This document shows positions 1 to 11,587 of a stretch of 64,000 bases of DNA, piece after piece. A program made the translations under genes and the position numbers. Positions within the stretch are counted from its first letter, which is position 1, and each line of letters opens with the position of its first letter. The stretch comes from an uncultured Acidobacteriaceae bacterium (GTDB lineage Bacteria > Acidobacteriota > Terriglobia > Terriglobales > Acidobacteriaceae): NCBI GenBank assembly GCA_963791515.1, contig CAWBSS010000009.1, forward strand, positions 95,407 through 159,406, read 5' to 3'. Under the pieces are notes generated by a model that was not told where the DNA came from, searched no databases, and saw only the letters and a program-made list of their open reading frames with translations.

Positions 1-30
1 ATTTCCACGGAAGCACTCACGGGACTTCGC

Positions 31-1029
31 TCAACTCTTTGCCTGGTGCTGATTGCTGCGGACGGCAGCACAGCGAGCCGCTCCCAGCAATCCAGCTTTA
101 TCATTGGTGACGATCTGAACCGGAATCGATTCCACCAGCGGGCGCATGCGGCCCTTATCGAGGAAGGATTGCATAAATACCGGGCCTGTCAACTTGGCAA
201 GAATCTTGGGAGAGATGCCCCCGGCCAGGAACAGGCCTCCCGTGGCCATCACCTTTAACGCCAGATTGGCAGCCTCCGCGCCGTAAACGGCGATCCATAC
301 ATCCAGTGCTTTCTCCGCCAGACTCTGAGTCCCATCGAGCGCCGCGCGCGAAATCACCGCGGCAGGATCGCCCTGCTTGAGCGCATCGGAAAACTCCGCC
401 GATTCCTTCCCGCATCCGCTGTCGCGCAGGAATTCGTAAACATTCACCAATCCGGGGCCGGAAAGGATGCGCTCGTAGCTGACATGCCCGAAGCGCGCTT
501 TCAGGAACCGTATCAACTCGATCTGCAATTCTCCCTGAGGACCAAAGTCGGTGTGCCCGCCTTCGCATGCGAAAACATGGTGCCGGCTTCCGTCCCAGAA
601 AAGCCCGGCCTCTCCTAATCCGGTCCCCGGCGCGATCACGGCCTGGTTGCCCGCCACAGGCCCGCTCACCCGGTTCAATGGAACGAGGTCTCCGGCGGCC
701 AGTGCGCCGATGCCCCAGGCACTGGCTTCGAGATCGTTGATCAGCAGCGTGGCCGGAAGATGAATCTGTTTTGCGAGCCGCGATTGCTCCACCACCCAGG
801 GCAGGTTCGAGGTTTCGACGCGTCCATTGCGCACCGGACCCGCAATCCCGAAACACGCGGCGTCCGGACGTGCCCCAGAATCATCCAGGAACTGGCTCAC
901 AATTTCGCCGAGTTCGCGGTGCTCGCGGCTGGGATAGACACGCTCGGACACCATATGCAAGTGCCCGTTCCGGGGTTGAAAATAGGCCAGCCTAGCATGA
1001 GTGCCCCCAATATCGCCGGCCAGAATCAT
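31..1029 (-). CDS. glk: glucokinase
   Basis: 332-aa ORF with N-terminal [14 protein letters not shown] phosphate-binding motif typical of bacterial glucokinase. Its ATG overlaps the zwf stop as ATGA (1026-1029). Last gene of the pentose-phosphate operon. Confidence 0.85.
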   Translation of the reverse strand: MILAGDIGGTHARLAYFQPRNGHLHMVSERVYPSREHRELGEIVSQFLDDSGARPDAACFGIAGPVRNGRVETSNLPWVVEQSRLAKQIHLPATLLINDLEASAWGIGALAAGDLVPLNRVSGPVAGNQAVIAPGTGLGEAGLFWDGSRHHVFACEGGHTDFGPQGELQIELIRFLKARFGHVSYERILSGPGLVNVYEFLRDSGCGKESAEFSDALKQGDPAAVISRAALDGTQSLAEKALDVWIAVYGAEAANLALKVMATGGLFLAGGISPKILAKLTGPVFMQSFLDKGRMRPLVESIPVQIVTNDKAGLLGAARCAAVRSNQHQAKS

Positions 1030-2567
1030 TTCTCGAAGTTCCTCCAGCGGCGGCCGTCGCGTTCCAGCAGATCGTCAGCCTCCTTCGGTCCCCAGGTGCC
1101 AGATGCGTAGTTGGGAAAATTCCGTGGCGGGAGCGCCTTCCAGAGATCCAGCACCGGATTCACCACAGACCAGCCCGCTTCCACCATATCCGCGCGCTGA
1201 AACAGCGTCTGATCGCCGATCATGCAGTCATGCAGCAGTCGCTCGTATCCGGTGCTGGGCTGCTTGCCAAAGTATTCCTGATATTCAAAATTCATGTCCA
1301 CCGTGCCCAGGCGCATCACCGGACCGGGAACCTTGGCCGCGAATTGCAGCGAGATTCCTTCTTCGGGTTGAATGTGCAGCACCAGTTGGTTCGGCATCAG
1401 GTGTTCGACGGGAGTGTCACGGAAGAGCACGAATGGCGCCCGCCGAAACTGTATCACGATATGAGTGTTGCGCACCGGCATTCGCTTTCCTGTGCGCAGA
1501 TAGAACGGGACGTCCGCCCAGCGCCAGTTGTCAATCAGCAGTTTCATCGCGACGAAAGTCTCGGTGCGCGAATCGGGAGGAACATCGGGTTCCGCGCGGT
1601 AGGCCGAGACTCGCTTGCCGTCTTCCGTTCCATCGCCGTACTGGCCGCGCACGCTGCGGCTCAGCACCTCTTCATCGCTCATGGGCTGGATGGCATGCAG
1701 AATCTTGGCCTGCTCATCCCGTACCGCGTTGGCATCGAAGGAAATGGGCGGCTCCATGGCGGTGAGGCTGATGAGTTGCATGATGTGGTTCGGGACCATG
1801 TCGCGCAAAGAACCGGCGTGATCGAAATAACTTCCGCGTCCTTCCACTCCAACGGTCTCGGCCACCGAGATCTGCACGTGGTCGATATAGCGACGGTTCC
1901 AAACGGGCTCAAAAATTCCATTGGCGAAACGGAACGCCATGATGTTCTGCACCGTCTCTTTGCCGAGATAGTGGTCGATGCGGTAGATCTGCTTTTCGTC
2001 GGCTTCCTTGAGCAGTTGCTGGTTCAGAGCTTTGGCCGATTCCAGATCGTGCCCGAAGGGTTTCTCGATGACCACCCGCCGCCAGTGGCTGTTATTTTGC
2101 TCCATCAATCCGGCGGCAGCGAGTTTTTGTACGATCGACCCGAAATAACTGGGCGCAGTAGCCAGGTAATAGAAGAAATTCTGGTGGGCCGAGTGTTCTT
2201 GATCCACCTTGGCGAGAAAGTCCTTGAGTTGCGGATACAGCTTGTCGTCATTGAAATCCCCGGCGAAGTAGTAGAAACGTCGTGCGAACCACTCCCAGAG
2301 ATCGTCGTCCACGCATTCCCCACAGTAGGCTTTGACGTCATCGTGGACTCTTTTTCGGAACTCATCGTTCGACATCTGGGTGCGCGCAACGCCCACCACG
2401 GCAAACTCGCGCGAAAGCAAGCTGGCCCTGGCGAGGTTGTAGAGCGCCGGAATCAGCATGCGTCCGGTCAGATCGCCGGCCGCGCCGAAGATCACCATGA
2501 CGCAAGGATCGCCCTGCTTGCCGATGCGCGGCGGCGCTGCCGCCGGATGTTCTGCTGGTTCAGCCAT
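1026..2567 (-). CDS. zwf: glucose-6-phosphate 1-dehydrogenase
   Basis: ORF 1026-2645 trimmed to ATG at 2567 (MAEPAEH..., GAGGAA about 8 nt upstream). Has GAAGDLTGR dinucleotide-binding motif and RIDHYLGKE active-site motif. Confidence 0.9.
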   Translation of the reverse strand: MAEPAEHPAAAPPRIGKQGDPCVMVIFGAAGDLTGRMLIPALYNLARASLLSREFAVVGVARTQMSNDEFRKRVHDDVKAYCGECVDDDLWEWFARRFYYFAGDFNDDKLYPQLKDFLAKVDQEHSAHQNFFYYLATAPSYFGSIVQKLAAAGLMEQNNSHWRRVVIEKPFGHDLESAKALNQQLLKEADEKQIYRIDHYLGKETVQNIMAFRFANGIFEPVWNRRYIDHVQISVAETVGVEGRGSYFDHAGSLRDMVPNHIMQLISLTAMEPPISFDANAVRDEQAKILHAIQPMSDEEVLSRSVRGQYGDGTEDGKRVSAYRAEPDVPPDSRTETFVAMKLLIDNWRWADVPFYLRTGKRMPVRNTHIVIQFRRAPFVLFRDTPVEHLMPNQLVLHIQPEEGISLQFAAKVPGPVMRLGTVDMNFEYQEYFGKQPSTGYERLLHDCMIGDQTLFQRADMVEAGWSVVNPVLDLWKALPPRNFPNYASGTWGPKEADDLLERDGRRWRNFEK

Positions 2568-2616
2568 GAATAGTTCCTCTGGATCTGCTAGATCCGCTGA
2601 GAGAATAGAGCCGCGC

Positions 2617-3615
2617 CTACGCGGTCTTCTTTGCCTTGCTGGCACCCTGTTCCACGTGCCCGCCGAATTTCTGGCGCATGGCAGAAAGCATCTTCTCCGC
2701 GAACGTGTGCTGCTGTCGCGAGCGGAAACGCACGTATAGCGCCGCGGTCAACACATCCGCAGGCACCGCTTCTTCGAGCGCGGCCTGAATTGTCCAGCGC
2801 CCTTCGCCCGAATCCTGCACGAATCCTTCGTATTCTGAGAGCGTCGGATTTTCCGTCAGCGCCATAGCCGTCAGGTCGAGCAACCATGAACTGACCACGC
2901 TTCCGCGCCGCCACACTTCTGCGATGTCCGGCAGGTTCAGGTCGTAGCGCATGTCCTCCGGCAAATCTTTACTGGTTGCGTTTTTAAAGATGTCGAAGCC
3001 TTCCGCATAGGCCTGCATGAGGCCGTACTCAATGCCGTTGTGCACCATCTTCACGAAGTGCCCGGCCCCCGACGGACCGCAGTGAATGTAGCCATCTTCC
3101 GCAGTGCCGCCGAGTTTTTCTCTTCCCGGAGTCCGCGGAATGTCGCCCTTGCCCGGCGCCAGCGTTTTAAAAATGGGATCAAGTCGCTGCACCGCTTCTT
3201 TTGGGCCGCCAATCATCATGCAGTAACCGCGTTCCAATCCCCACACGCCACCGCTGGTTCCCACGTCGATGTAGTGAATGCCCTTGCCTTTCAGTTCATT
3301 CGCCCGCCGCACATCATCTTTGAAATAAGAGTTGCCGCCATCGAGGATGGCGTCGCCGGCCTGCAGGCGTGATGCGAGTTTCTGTACAGTCGCTTCGGTC
3401 GCACCACCTGCGGGAACCATGATCCAGATGGCTCGCGGAGGCGTCAGCTTGGCAACCAGATCTTCCAACGAAGTAGAGCTGCCTGCGCCCTCGCCCGCCA
3501 ACTGCTTCACGGCATCAGCGCTCAGATCCGAAACTACGAGCTGATGTCCGCCACGCATGAGCCGCCGCGTCATATTCGCGCCCATCCGACCCAAACCCAC
3601 CATTCCCAATTGCAT
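2617..3615 (-). CDS. gnd: 6-phosphogluconate dehydrogenase (decarboxylating), short form
   Basis: ORF 2617-3669 trimmed to ATG at 3615 (AAGGAG upstream). [15 protein letters not shown] Rossmann motif; length about 330 aa as in the short Gnd/YqeC-like type. Confidence 0.85.
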   Translation of the reverse strand: MQLGMVGLGRMGANMTRRLMRGGHQLVVSDLSADAVKQLAGEGAGSSTSLEDLVAKLTPPRAIWIMVPAGGATEATVQKLASRLQAGDAILDGGNSYFKDDVRRANELKGKGIHYIDVGTSGGVWGLERGYCMMIGGPKEAVQRLDPIFKTLAPGKGDIPRTPGREKLGGTAEDGYIHCGPSGAGHFVKMVHNGIEYGLMQAYAEGFDIFKNATSKDLPEDMRYDLNLPDIAEVWRRGSVVSSWLLDLTAMALTENPTLSEYEGFVQDSGEGRWTIQAALEEAVPADVLTAALYVRFRSRQQHTFAEKMLSAMRQKFGGHVEQGASKAKKTA

Positions 3616-3674
3616 GCTTCGCTCCTTACCGTAGCGCCAGCGTCCCGCCCTCGCTCCTATAATCCACAAGGCTG

Positions 3675-5393
3675 CTAAAGTGCTTTCTGAACGGCTGCCT
3701 GCAAAGCCGCCAGACCCGCCTTCAGATTGCTCCCCAGATGAACCCGCAGCGCACGTCTCCCGCGGTCAGCCAACACTTGGAAATCTCCACGCGCTTGCGC
3801 AGCCTTCACGACTCCGAACGTGAATTTCTGTCCCGGAACCGGCAGTTCGACGGAATCGTCGCAAGTCACTTGCAGAAACACTCCCGAGTTCGGTCCACCC
3901 TTGTACGCCTGTCCCGTCGAGTGCAGGAAGCGCGGACCGAAGCCTAAACAGGTCGCTAGGCGCTTCTTGTCGCGCACTAAATGCCGCAAACTCTGCAGGC
4001 TGGTTTCGTGCTCTGCATTCATCTGGATGTAACCGAGCACCGCGAAGTAATCGCCAGCCTTAATGCGAGCCAGGTGCGCGTTGAGATAGCCAGCAAGCGA
4101 TTTGTCGTTGCCGGCGCGTTTTGCCAGTTCCGAGGCATTTTTTTCATCGGTGAACAATTTGATGCCGGCGTCCTCAATGATCGGCTTTTCCGCCGGCAGG
4201 GAGCCCGTCTTCTCATACTCGGAGGTCAAATTGCGCGTCGCGATCTTGCTGGCTTCGACATCGGGCTGGTTGAAGGCATCGATTCCAATAATCGAGCCCG
4301 CGACGGCAGTGGCGATCTCCCAGCGGAAGAATTCCGCACCGAGATCATAAATGTCTGCCATTGTGATCCGCACGACTGGATGCCCGGCCTTCTCGATCGC
4401 CGCCACTTTCGCATCCTGATCTGCATCCGTCCCAGACTCCAGCCGAACATAAACGAACACGCGATCGCTGCTGTAAATCTCTGGAGTCGTCAAAGTCTCG
4501 CGGTCGACCGGGATGATGCCTTTGCCGACTTTACCGGTCGACTCGGCGAGCAGTTGTTCCAGCCACGCTCCCAGATCTGAAATGCCGGGGGAAGTGATGA
4601 TCGTAACCTTGTCGCGCCCGGCATTCGCGGCCGTTCCGAGAATGATGCCCAGCACCGCTCCGGGATTTTCTTCGACGGTTACGCTTGCCCCGCAGGCGCG
4701 AACCATCTCCGCCGCCCGGGCGAGAAACTTCTTCGTGTCCAGCCCCATCACCGCGGCGGGGACCATGCCGAAGTTCGACAGTGCGGAATATCGTCCGCCA
4801 ATCGAGGGACGTCCGAAGAAGACATGGAGAAAGCGATCCGCCTCCGCCACCTGCTGCATCTTCGATTCCGGATCGGTGATTGCCATGAAGTGGCTTCCGA
4901 CTTTCACTGCACCCACAGCTTGCTTCGTGCGCTCAAAAAAATATTGTTTGAAGATGTTAGGTTCGAGCGTGCTGCCCGACTTGCTGGAAACGATAAAGAG
5001 CGTCTTCGGAATATCGATCTGATGCTCGAACGCCTTCACCTGCGAGGGATCGGTCGAATCGAGTACGTGCAGGGTAGGGAAGTGAGTGATTCTGCCGAAC
5101 GTCATGCGCAAGACTTCCGGACACAAGCTTGATCCGCCCATGCCGAGCAGCAATACGTGCTGAAATCCACGGTTCTGAACTTCCTTCGCGATCTTCTGTA
5201 GTTGATCGTGCTGGGCGATCTGCTCGTCGACGATATCGAGCCAGCCCAGCCACTTGCTTTCGTCGCTGCCCGTCCAGAGCGTGGCATCGCGCTGCCACAA
5301 ACGCTGCATGGCTCCACGCGACTGCCAATCGGCAATAGCGGTTTTCACGGTCGTGGCAAGAGATTCCGGCAGGGAAGTCTTCAGTCGGCTCAC
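3675..5393 (-). CDS. pgi: glucose-6-phosphate isomerase
   Basis: 572-aa ORF with SKSGSTLEP sugar-isomerase motif. Resembles the PGI part of Tal-PGI bifunctional proteins. Only a 3-nt gap to tal upstream. Confidence 0.8.
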   Translation of the reverse strand: MSRLKTSLPESLATTVKTAIADWQSRGAMQRLWQRDATLWTGSDESKWLGWLDIVDEQIAQHDQLQKIAKEVQNRGFQHVLLLGMGGSSLCPEVLRMTFGRITHFPTLHVLDSTDPSQVKAFEHQIDIPKTLFIVSSKSGSTLEPNIFKQYFFERTKQAVGAVKVGSHFMAITDPESKMQQVAEADRFLHVFFGRPSIGGRYSALSNFGMVPAAVMGLDTKKFLARAAEMVRACGASVTVEENPGAVLGIILGTAANAGRDKVTIITSPGISDLGAWLEQLLAESTGKVGKGIIPVDRETLTTPEIYSSDRVFVYVRLESGTDADQDAKVAAIEKAGHPVVRITMADIYDLGAEFFRWEIATAVAGSIIGIDAFNQPDVEASKIATRNLTSEYEKTGSLPAEKPIIEDAGIKLFTDEKNASELAKRAGNDKSLAGYLNAHLARIKAGDYFAVLGYIQMNAEHETSLQSLRHLVRDKKRLATCLGFGPRFLHSTGQAYKGGPNSGVFLQVTCDDSVELPVPGQKFTFGVVKAAQARGDFQVLADRGRRALRVHLGSNLKAGLAALQAAVQKAL

Positions 5394-5396
5394 GAT

Positions 5397-6563
5397 CTAT
5401 CCTTTTTGCTGCGTGTTCTTCGCGACCGCAGCCAGCAGCTTCTCAAAAGCGTCGGCGAACAACTTGACGCCGTCCTCAGTCAGCTTGTCGGTTACTTCCT
5501 TGATCGAAATGCCGGCGCGTGCCAGATCGTCCATCACCTTGCCGGCTCCGGCCACATCTTCGGTGAGGCTATTTCTAAGCCGTCCGTGGTCGCGGAAGGC
5601 ATCGATGGTTGCCGGCGGCATGGTGTTAACCGTGTCGGGTCCGATCAGTTCCTCTACGTAAATCACATCGCGATAGTTGGGATTCTTCGTGCTCGTGCTG
5701 GCCCACAGCACTCGCTGTGTCTGCGCTGCCTTGGCCGCCAAGGCCTGCCAGCGCGGTCCGCTGAAGATACGCTGGTAGCGCTGATACGTAAGCTTGCCGT
5801 TGGCAATCGCAATTTTTCCAAGCAGGCTCTTCAACAATGCCTGCTGGTTCGCGTCCGTCGTCGTTTTGAGCTTGTCATTTAACTTGGAATCGACCAGCGT
5901 GTCGATGCGACTAATAAAAAAGCTGGCAACACTCGCCATCTTTTTCAGGTTGCCCCCGCGCCCCGCCAGGTCTTCGAGTCCTGCAATGTAGGCCTCGGCG
6001 ACCTTTTCATAGACTTCCTGTGCGAACAACAACGTAACGTTGATATTGATGCCTTCGCCGATCAACTGCCGGATCGCGGGAAGTCCCTCCGCCGTGCCCG
6101 GAACCTTGATCATAACGTTCTCGCGCTTCACCGCCTTCCACAGGCGGCGCGCTTCGTCGATGGTCTCCTGCGTTTTAAGTGCCAGAAGTGGCGAGACCTC
6201 CAGGCTGACGTATCCATCGCGGAACTTAGACTCTTCGTACACCGGGCGCAGCGCATCTGCAGCATCCTGAATATCGCGGATGGCGATCTGCTCATAAATC
6301 CCGGTCGTGTTCAGATCCTTGCGAGACGCGAGCGAATGCAACACATCGTCATACAACGAACTGTCGCCAATCGCCTTCTCGAAGATGGACGGATTCGAAG
6401 TCATTCCCCGCAGTCCGTCTTCCGTAATCAGTTGCGCCAACTTTCCAGTGGTAAACAGATCGCGCCGTATGTAATCGAGCCACATCGACTGACCATAGTT
6501 GAGCAATTGCTTCAGCGGATTTTTTGTCGCTTTCGAATTTTCCAGAACTCCAGTTGGCTGCAT
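5397..6563 (-). CDS. tal: transaldolase
   Basis: ORF 5397-6761 trimmed to ATG at 6563 (MQPTGVLEN...). Has QSMWLDYIRRDL and VMIKVPGT (Schiff-base Lys region) motifs. Confidence 0.85.
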   Translation of the reverse strand: MQPTGVLENSKATKNPLKQLLNYGQSMWLDYIRRDLFTTGKLAQLITEDGLRGMTSNPSIFEKAIGDSSLYDDVLHSLASRKDLNTTGIYEQIAIRDIQDAADALRPVYEESKFRDGYVSLEVSPLLALKTQETIDEARRLWKAVKRENVMIKVPGTAEGLPAIRQLIGEGININVTLLFAQEVYEKVAEAYIAGLEDLAGRGGNLKKMASVASFFISRIDTLVDSKLNDKLKTTTDANQQALLKSLLGKIAIANGKLTYQRYQRIFSGPRWQALAAKAAQTQRVLWASTSTKNPNYRDVIYVEELIGPDTVNTMPPATIDAFRDHGRLRNSLTEDVAGAGKVMDDLARAGISIKEVTDKLTEDGVKLFADAFEKLLAAVAKNTQQKG

Positions 6564-6613
6564 AGATATTCTCCCCAATCTTCGATTCTGATTTTGTCTG
6601 TCCGAACCCACCT

Positions 6614-8695
6614 TTACTTGCCGGCAATCGCCGCGCGGGCTTCCTTTACGACCGTCTCCACGGTGAATCCGAAATACTTCAACAGATCCTTCAATGGCGC
6701 CGAGGCCCCGAATCGATGCATGCCGACGTTGCGTCCTCTGAGGCCGGTGTAACGCGCCCATCCGAAGGTGGACGCCATTTCTACTGAAACCCGCGCGGTC
6801 ACGTCGGACGGCAGGACGCTCTCTTTATAGGCCGCATCCTGCTGTTCAAAGATTTCCCACGAGGGCATGCTGACCACGCGCGCCTTGACGCCCTCTTCCT
6901 TAAGCTTCTCGTACGCGTCCACACACAGCGACACTTCGCTCCCTGTACCCAGCAGAATCACATCCGGCTTCCCCCCGGGCGCATCCGCCAGCACGTAAGC
7001 TCCCTTCGCCACACCGGAAGCCGAAGCGTACTTCGAGCGATCCAGAGTTGGAATCGCCTGCCGCGTCAATACCAACGCTACTGGCGAGCTCTGCAAATGC
7101 GCAATGATCTTCCACGCCTCCGTCACTTCATTCGCATCGCCCGGACGAAGCACGATCAGATTCGGCATGGCCCGCAACGACGCCAGTTGCTCGATCGGTT
7201 GATGCGTCGGTCCATCCTCGCCGACGCCAATGGAGTCGTGCGTGAAGATGAAAATCGACGGACACTCCATCAGCGCTGCCAACCGGATGCTGGCCCGCAT
7301 GTAATCGCTGAAGTTAAAGAAGGTCGCGCCGAACGCGCGAATGCCCGACACGGTCAGCCCGTTTACGCTCGCCCCCATCACATGCTCACGCACCCCGAAG
7401 TGCAAGTTGCGCCCCGCGGGAGTGGCGGCCTGAAAATCTCCCGCACCATCGAACTTCAGTGTGGTCTTGTTCGAGGTCGCTAGATCGGCCGATCCGCCAA
7501 TGAGCCACGGAATATTCTGCGCCACGGCGTTAAGCACCTTGCCCGAGCTCTCGCGAGTCGCGATACCCTTGGCATCGGCGGGAAACGTTGGTAGGTTTTT
7601 GTCCCACCCCGCGGGCAGTTCGTGATGCTGCATGCACCGCAGACGCTCGGTCAGGTCTGGGTACTTCCGCGAGTATTCCGCGAAAACCTCCGACCACTGT
7701 GCACGCAGATCGCGCCCGCGCTTCCCGATCCCTTCTCGGAAATGCTCCCGTACGCCATCCGGCACCAGAAACTTTGCGTCTTCCGGCCAGCCGTAGAACC
7801 TCTTGGTTAGCTTGACCTCTTCTTCCCCTAGAGGCTCGCCGTGAGCGGCATTGGTGTCCTGTTTGTGGGGGGAACCGTAGCCGATGTGACTATCTACGAT
7901 GATCAGGGTCGGACGGTCCGTGGTCTTGTGGAAAGTGTCAAACGCCCGTGCCAGCATGGTCAGATCGTTGGCATCAGCCACGCGGGTTACGTTCCATCCA
8001 TATCCCACAAAACGCGTCGCAACATCTTCGCTGAACGACCAATTGGCCGGGCCATCCAGAGTGATGTGATTGTGGTCGTACATCCAGCAGAGATTCGAAA
8101 GTTTCAAATGTCCGGCCAGGGAGGCGGCTTCGCCTCCAATACCCTCCATCAAGTCACCATCCGAACACATAGCGTAGACGTTGAAATCGAAGACTTCGAA
8201 ACCGGGACGGTTGAAGTTCGCCGCCTGCCATTTGCTTGCAATGGCCATTCCGACGCTGTTACCCACGCCTTGGCCCAGGGGCCCGGTTGTCGTTTCGACA
8301 CCGGAAGTGATATCAGACTCGGGATGTCCGGGCGTTAGGCTTCCCAACTGCCGGAAGTGCTTGATCTCTTCCATCGGCACTGCGAGTTCCTTCAAAACCT
8401 TGCCCTGCTTGTCGACCCGCCGCACCTCGGCCAGATGCAGCATGGCGTAAAGCAGCATAGAGGCGTGGCCGTTGGAGAGCACGAAGCGGTCGCGATTCAG
8501 CCAGGTGGGATCAGCGGGATCGAAGCGCAGGAACTCCTGCCACAGACAATAGGTCACCGGGGCCAATCCCATGGGCGCGCCCGGGTGGCCTGAGTTCGCC
8601 TGCTGCACCGCGTCAATCGCCAGGGTTCGAATCGTGTTGATGCAAAGCGTGTCCAGTTGCTGTCCCGTTGCCAAAACCTGTTCACTGGCTACCAT
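6614..8695 (-). CDS. tkt: transketolase
   Basis: ORF 6614-8746 trimmed to ATG at 8695 (GGAGG upstream). Has SGHPGAPMG thiamine-diphosphate motif and SDGDLMEGI motif. First gene of the operon. Confidence 0.9.
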   Translation of the reverse strand: MVASEQVLATGQQLDTLCINTIRTLAIDAVQQANSGHPGAPMGLAPVTYCLWQEFLRFDPADPTWLNRDRFVLSNGHASMLLYAMLHLAEVRRVDKQGKVLKELAVPMEEIKHFRQLGSLTPGHPESDITSGVETTTGPLGQGVGNSVGMAIASKWQAANFNRPGFEVFDFNVYAMCSDGDLMEGIGGEAASLAGHLKLSNLCWMYDHNHITLDGPANWSFSEDVATRFVGYGWNVTRVADANDLTMLARAFDTFHKTTDRPTLIIVDSHIGYGSPHKQDTNAAHGEPLGEEEVKLTKRFYGWPEDAKFLVPDGVREHFREGIGKRGRDLRAQWSEVFAEYSRKYPDLTERLRCMQHHELPAGWDKNLPTFPADAKGIATRESSGKVLNAVAQNIPWLIGGSADLATSNKTTLKFDGAGDFQAATPAGRNLHFGVREHVMGASVNGLTVSGIRAFGATFFNFSDYMRASIRLAALMECPSIFIFTHDSIGVGEDGPTHQPIEQLASLRAMPNLIVLRPGDANEVTEAWKIIAHLQSSPVALVLTRQAIPTLDRSKYASASGVAKGAYVLADAPGGKPDVILLGTGSEVSLCVDAYEKLKEEGVKARVVSMPSWEIFEQQDAAYKESVLPSDVTARVSVEMASTFGWARYTGLRGRNVGMHRFGASAPLKDLLKYFGFTVETVVKEARAAIAGK

Positions 8696-8873
8696 GCGAT
8701 TCCGCTCCTCCACTGGGAGATTTCCACCGGCGAGATCAGCCCACAACTAATCAGCCCACAACTAATTAGAGTTTCCGATCACAGAAAGGGTTCACTACGC
8801 AGAAAGTGTATCAATTTCTCGGAGGACATGGATTGAGCTACGGTGAAAAACCGGAAGAGATCGGAGAATTACT

Positions 8874-9521
8874 TTACTTCAAAAGTTTGAGGTATGTGCT
8901 TTCGCTTTGGGACGCCCGGGTCGTCTCCTGCACGAACTTGACGAACTGCCGCAGACTTTCGCGTTCGGTCGGTACCATTCCGTCGAAACGAACGCGAACT
9001 CCGTTCGCGGGGCCGCTGCGTGTAACCACGCCGCTCAGCGCAAACCCTTTCACCCAGATCTTCCCATTTGGCACCCACAGGCCGATTTCCACTTTCGCGC
9101 CGGGCTTGACCGGGCTTGCCGTTTCAACCAGACATCCACCCACACTCGTGTTGGAAAGGTTGCCCCAGATTGAACTCGGTGTCTCGTCGACACGAAGTTC
9201 GACTGCGACAAAGCACTTGATTCGCGGATTCCGACGGCGGTCGCTTCCCCAGTTCGGACTGAACAAATCGGGTGCAAACGGAGGTGTGGTTAACGTAGGA
9301 GTCGGAAATGGCTGTGGCGCAGGAACTGATTTTGCCCCAGACTTCTCGGCCGGCGAGGAGCCAGCCTTTATCTGACGCATAGCCGTAAGCAGCGCCTCTT
9401 CCCGTTTCCCAACCGGGGCTTCGCGGTAGGCCTGCAGCAGCGTTCCGACGTGCCGGACAAGGTCCGGATCGGACAATATTCGAGTCCAGTCAGTTCCTGT
9501 TGCTGCACTCATCAAACACAC
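8874..9521 (-). CDS. PilZ domain-containing protein
   Basis: 215-aa ORF. The C-terminal ~100 aa (RRRNPRIKCFVAVELR...NLSNTSVGGCLVET...VRVRF) fits the PilZ RxxxR / DxSxxG-like pattern. The N-terminal half is unassigned and the start is uncertain (ATG at 9521 or 9512). Confidence 0.6.
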   Translation of the reverse strand: MCLMSAATGTDWTRILSDPDLVRHVGTLLQAYREAPVGKREEALLTAMRQIKAGSSPAEKSGAKSVPAPQPFPTPTLTTPPFAPDLFSPNWGSDRRRNPRIKCFVAVELRVDETPSSIWGNLSNTSVGGCLVETASPVKPGAKVEIGLWVPNGKIWVKGFALSGVVTRSGPANGVRVRFDGMVPTERESLRQFVKFVQETTRASQSESTYLKLLK

Positions 9522-10110
9522 TCTTTCGTTCTTGTAGTCTAGGGCTCTCGACTAGCTTGAACCGATGGTCACCTTCATTCAAGATGACCTAAGTCACAGC
9601 ATGGAGGTTTCTGGCGTGTCAGAGGGCTTCCCATCCAGAACGAGCGCGGTCCAGACCTGCGCGCTCCAAACCTGTGCGATCTAAGGGCTTCCCGGGCTAC
9701 GATGACATGCTTCCGGATGTCCAAGACTTCCTGTTTTTAACGCGGGGTCTAGGTATTTCACTGAGCTTCGAACGCAAGTTGGACCACCTCAGTGGTCTCG
9801 TTTTGAGTCGGCTCAAATTTCCATTTTCCGACAGCGTTCTTCCCCGCGACTCTTTTAGATTATCGGGGCTGGCTGCCGGCGGGCAGAGCACCGAAGTTAT
9901 TGAACCTTGGGTTCAGTCCGCCGTTGGAATCCCATCTTCGACCGTTATTCGGGATGAGGTCCCAAGGATGGGGATGAGACCCGGTGTCAATCCAGCAGAA
10001 TCGTTTGCATCTCAAACCCCCGCAAACGAATCAAATCGGACGAGTTATGCTAGAGACGAGGAAGAGCGTTACGGGTCTTTCCGTAGGTACCGAACGTTCC
10101 CACAATCAGA

Positions 10111-11583
10111 ATGCGTTGCTCATTGATAGTTTCCCGAACGGTCATTTTCGCTCTTTTTATTCTGCTTGCTACCCTAAGCCTGCTGGCTCAGGCTACGGGC
10201 GGAGCCTCTCCGGCTCCGAACGTTTCCCTCCCCGGCCAGCAAAATCCGTTTTTGGGCAGCGCCCCCGAAGGCAAGGCCACTGCGGATGTTTTGCAAATTG
10301 ACTTCAAGGACGCGATTGATCGGGGCCTGCGGAACAATCTGGGTTTGCTGTTGGCTTCTGACCAGACCCAGATGGCGCGGGGGGAAAGATGGAAGGAACT
10401 GAGCGAACTGCTGCCCAACGTCAGCGCGCATGTGCTAGAGAATGTACAAACCCAGAGTCTCGCGGCGCTTGGGTTCAACAAGCTTTTACCACTGCTCAGC
10501 GCTCCAGGGAGTAACACGGGCGCTTTTCCGCGCGTGGTACCTGCCTTTAACTACTTCGACGCGCGCGCTTCTCTTAGCCAGTCGCTTTTCAATTTCAGGA
10601 ATCTCGAGCGAGAACGTTCTGCTTCGGAAAGCCTGAAGGCCTCGCAATTCAGTTACAAAGACGCGCGGGAGATGGTCGTGCTTGCAGTGGGCAACTCCTA
10701 TTTGCAGGCCATTGCTGCCGGGGCTCGCGTGGAAACTACGGAAGCCCAGGTTAAGAGCGCTCAGGCTCTTTACGATAAGGCCGCCGACCAACTGAAGGCA
10801 GGACTGAGTCCAGCCATCGATGCACTGCGCTCGCAGGTCGAACTTCAAACCCGCCAGCAGCAACTGATCGTTGCCCGCAACGATCTGGCCAAGCTCAAAT
10901 TGAACGTGGCGCGGATCATCGGACTGCCGCCGGGACAGGAATTTGTCCTCACCGAGAAAGCGCCCTACCAGGCATTGACGCCTCTGCCGCTTGACACATA
11001 TCTGCAACGCGCCTACGCCGCGCGCTCCGACTATCAGGCGGCGGTCGCACAAGTGCGGGCCGCAGAACTTTCGCGCAGTGCCGCCGCGGCAGGGCGTTAT
11101 CCGACGATCGACATCAACGCGAATCTCGGCGACATTGGTGTCAACCCCGCCCAATCGAATGGTACCTGGCAGGTGAACGGCGGCATTAGCATCCCGATCT
11201 TCGCCGGAAATCGGGTTCACAGTGATGTACTGGAAGCCGATGCTCAATTGAAGCAAGCGCGCTCGCAACTTGGAGATCTGCGCGGCCGTATCGACTATGA
11301 GGTCCGCTCCGCGCTGCTTGATCTGAACGCTGCCGCTGAGCAGGTGGGAGTGGCCAGTAGTTCTGTCGACTTGGCGGACCAGGCGCTTACACAATCACAA
11401 GATCGTTTCACCGCAGGTGTGGCCGACAACCTGGAAGTAGTGCAGGCGCAGGAGGCCGTCGCCAGCGCTCATGAGAGTTACATTCAAAGCCTTTATTTCC
11501 ACAATCTTTCGAAAGTCGAACTGGCGTACGCCATCGGCAACGCGGAACAGGGCGTCAAACAATATTTGAAAGGCAATCAATAA
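10111..11583 (+). CDS. TolC-family outer membrane efflux protein
   Basis: 490-aa ORF with signal peptide (LLATLSLLAQA) and two repeated coiled-coil/beta halves typical of TolC/OEP proteins. First gene of a three-gene efflux operon. Confidence 0.8.
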   Translation: MRCSLIVSRTVIFALFILLATLSLLAQATGGASPAPNVSLPGQQNPFLGSAPEGKATADVLQIDFKDAIDRGLRNNLGLLLASDQTQMARGERWKELSELLPNVSAHVLENVQTQSLAALGFNKLLPLLSAPGSNTGAFPRVVPAFNYFDARASLSQSLFNFRNLERERSASESLKASQFSYKDAREMVVLAVGNSYLQAIAAGARVETTEAQVKSAQALYDKAADQLKAGLSPAIDALRSQVELQTRQQQLIVARNDLAKLKLNVARIIGLPPGQEFVLTEKAPYQALTPLPLDTYLQRAYAARSDYQAAVAQVRAAELSRSAAAAGRYPTIDINANLGDIGVNPAQSNGTWQVNGGISIPIFAGNRVHSDVLEADAQLKQARSQLGDLRGRIDYEVRSALLDLNAAAEQVGVASSSVDLADQALTQSQDRFTAGVADNLEVVQAQEAVASAHESYIQSLYFHNLSKVELAYAIGNAEQGVKQYLKGNQ

Positions 11584-11587
11584 TCGT

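Noticed and set aside
1230-2573. 447-aa plus-strand ORF inside zwf
   Set aside because: Antisense shadow ORF typical of high-GC DNA. The opposite strand has clear G6PDH motifs and this one has none.
9674-10126. 150-aa plus-strand ORF in the PilZ/TolC intergenic region
   Set aside because: Starts on an alternative codon, has no recognisable motif and overlaps the TolC start. More likely a non-coding divergent promoter region; the region remains unexplained.
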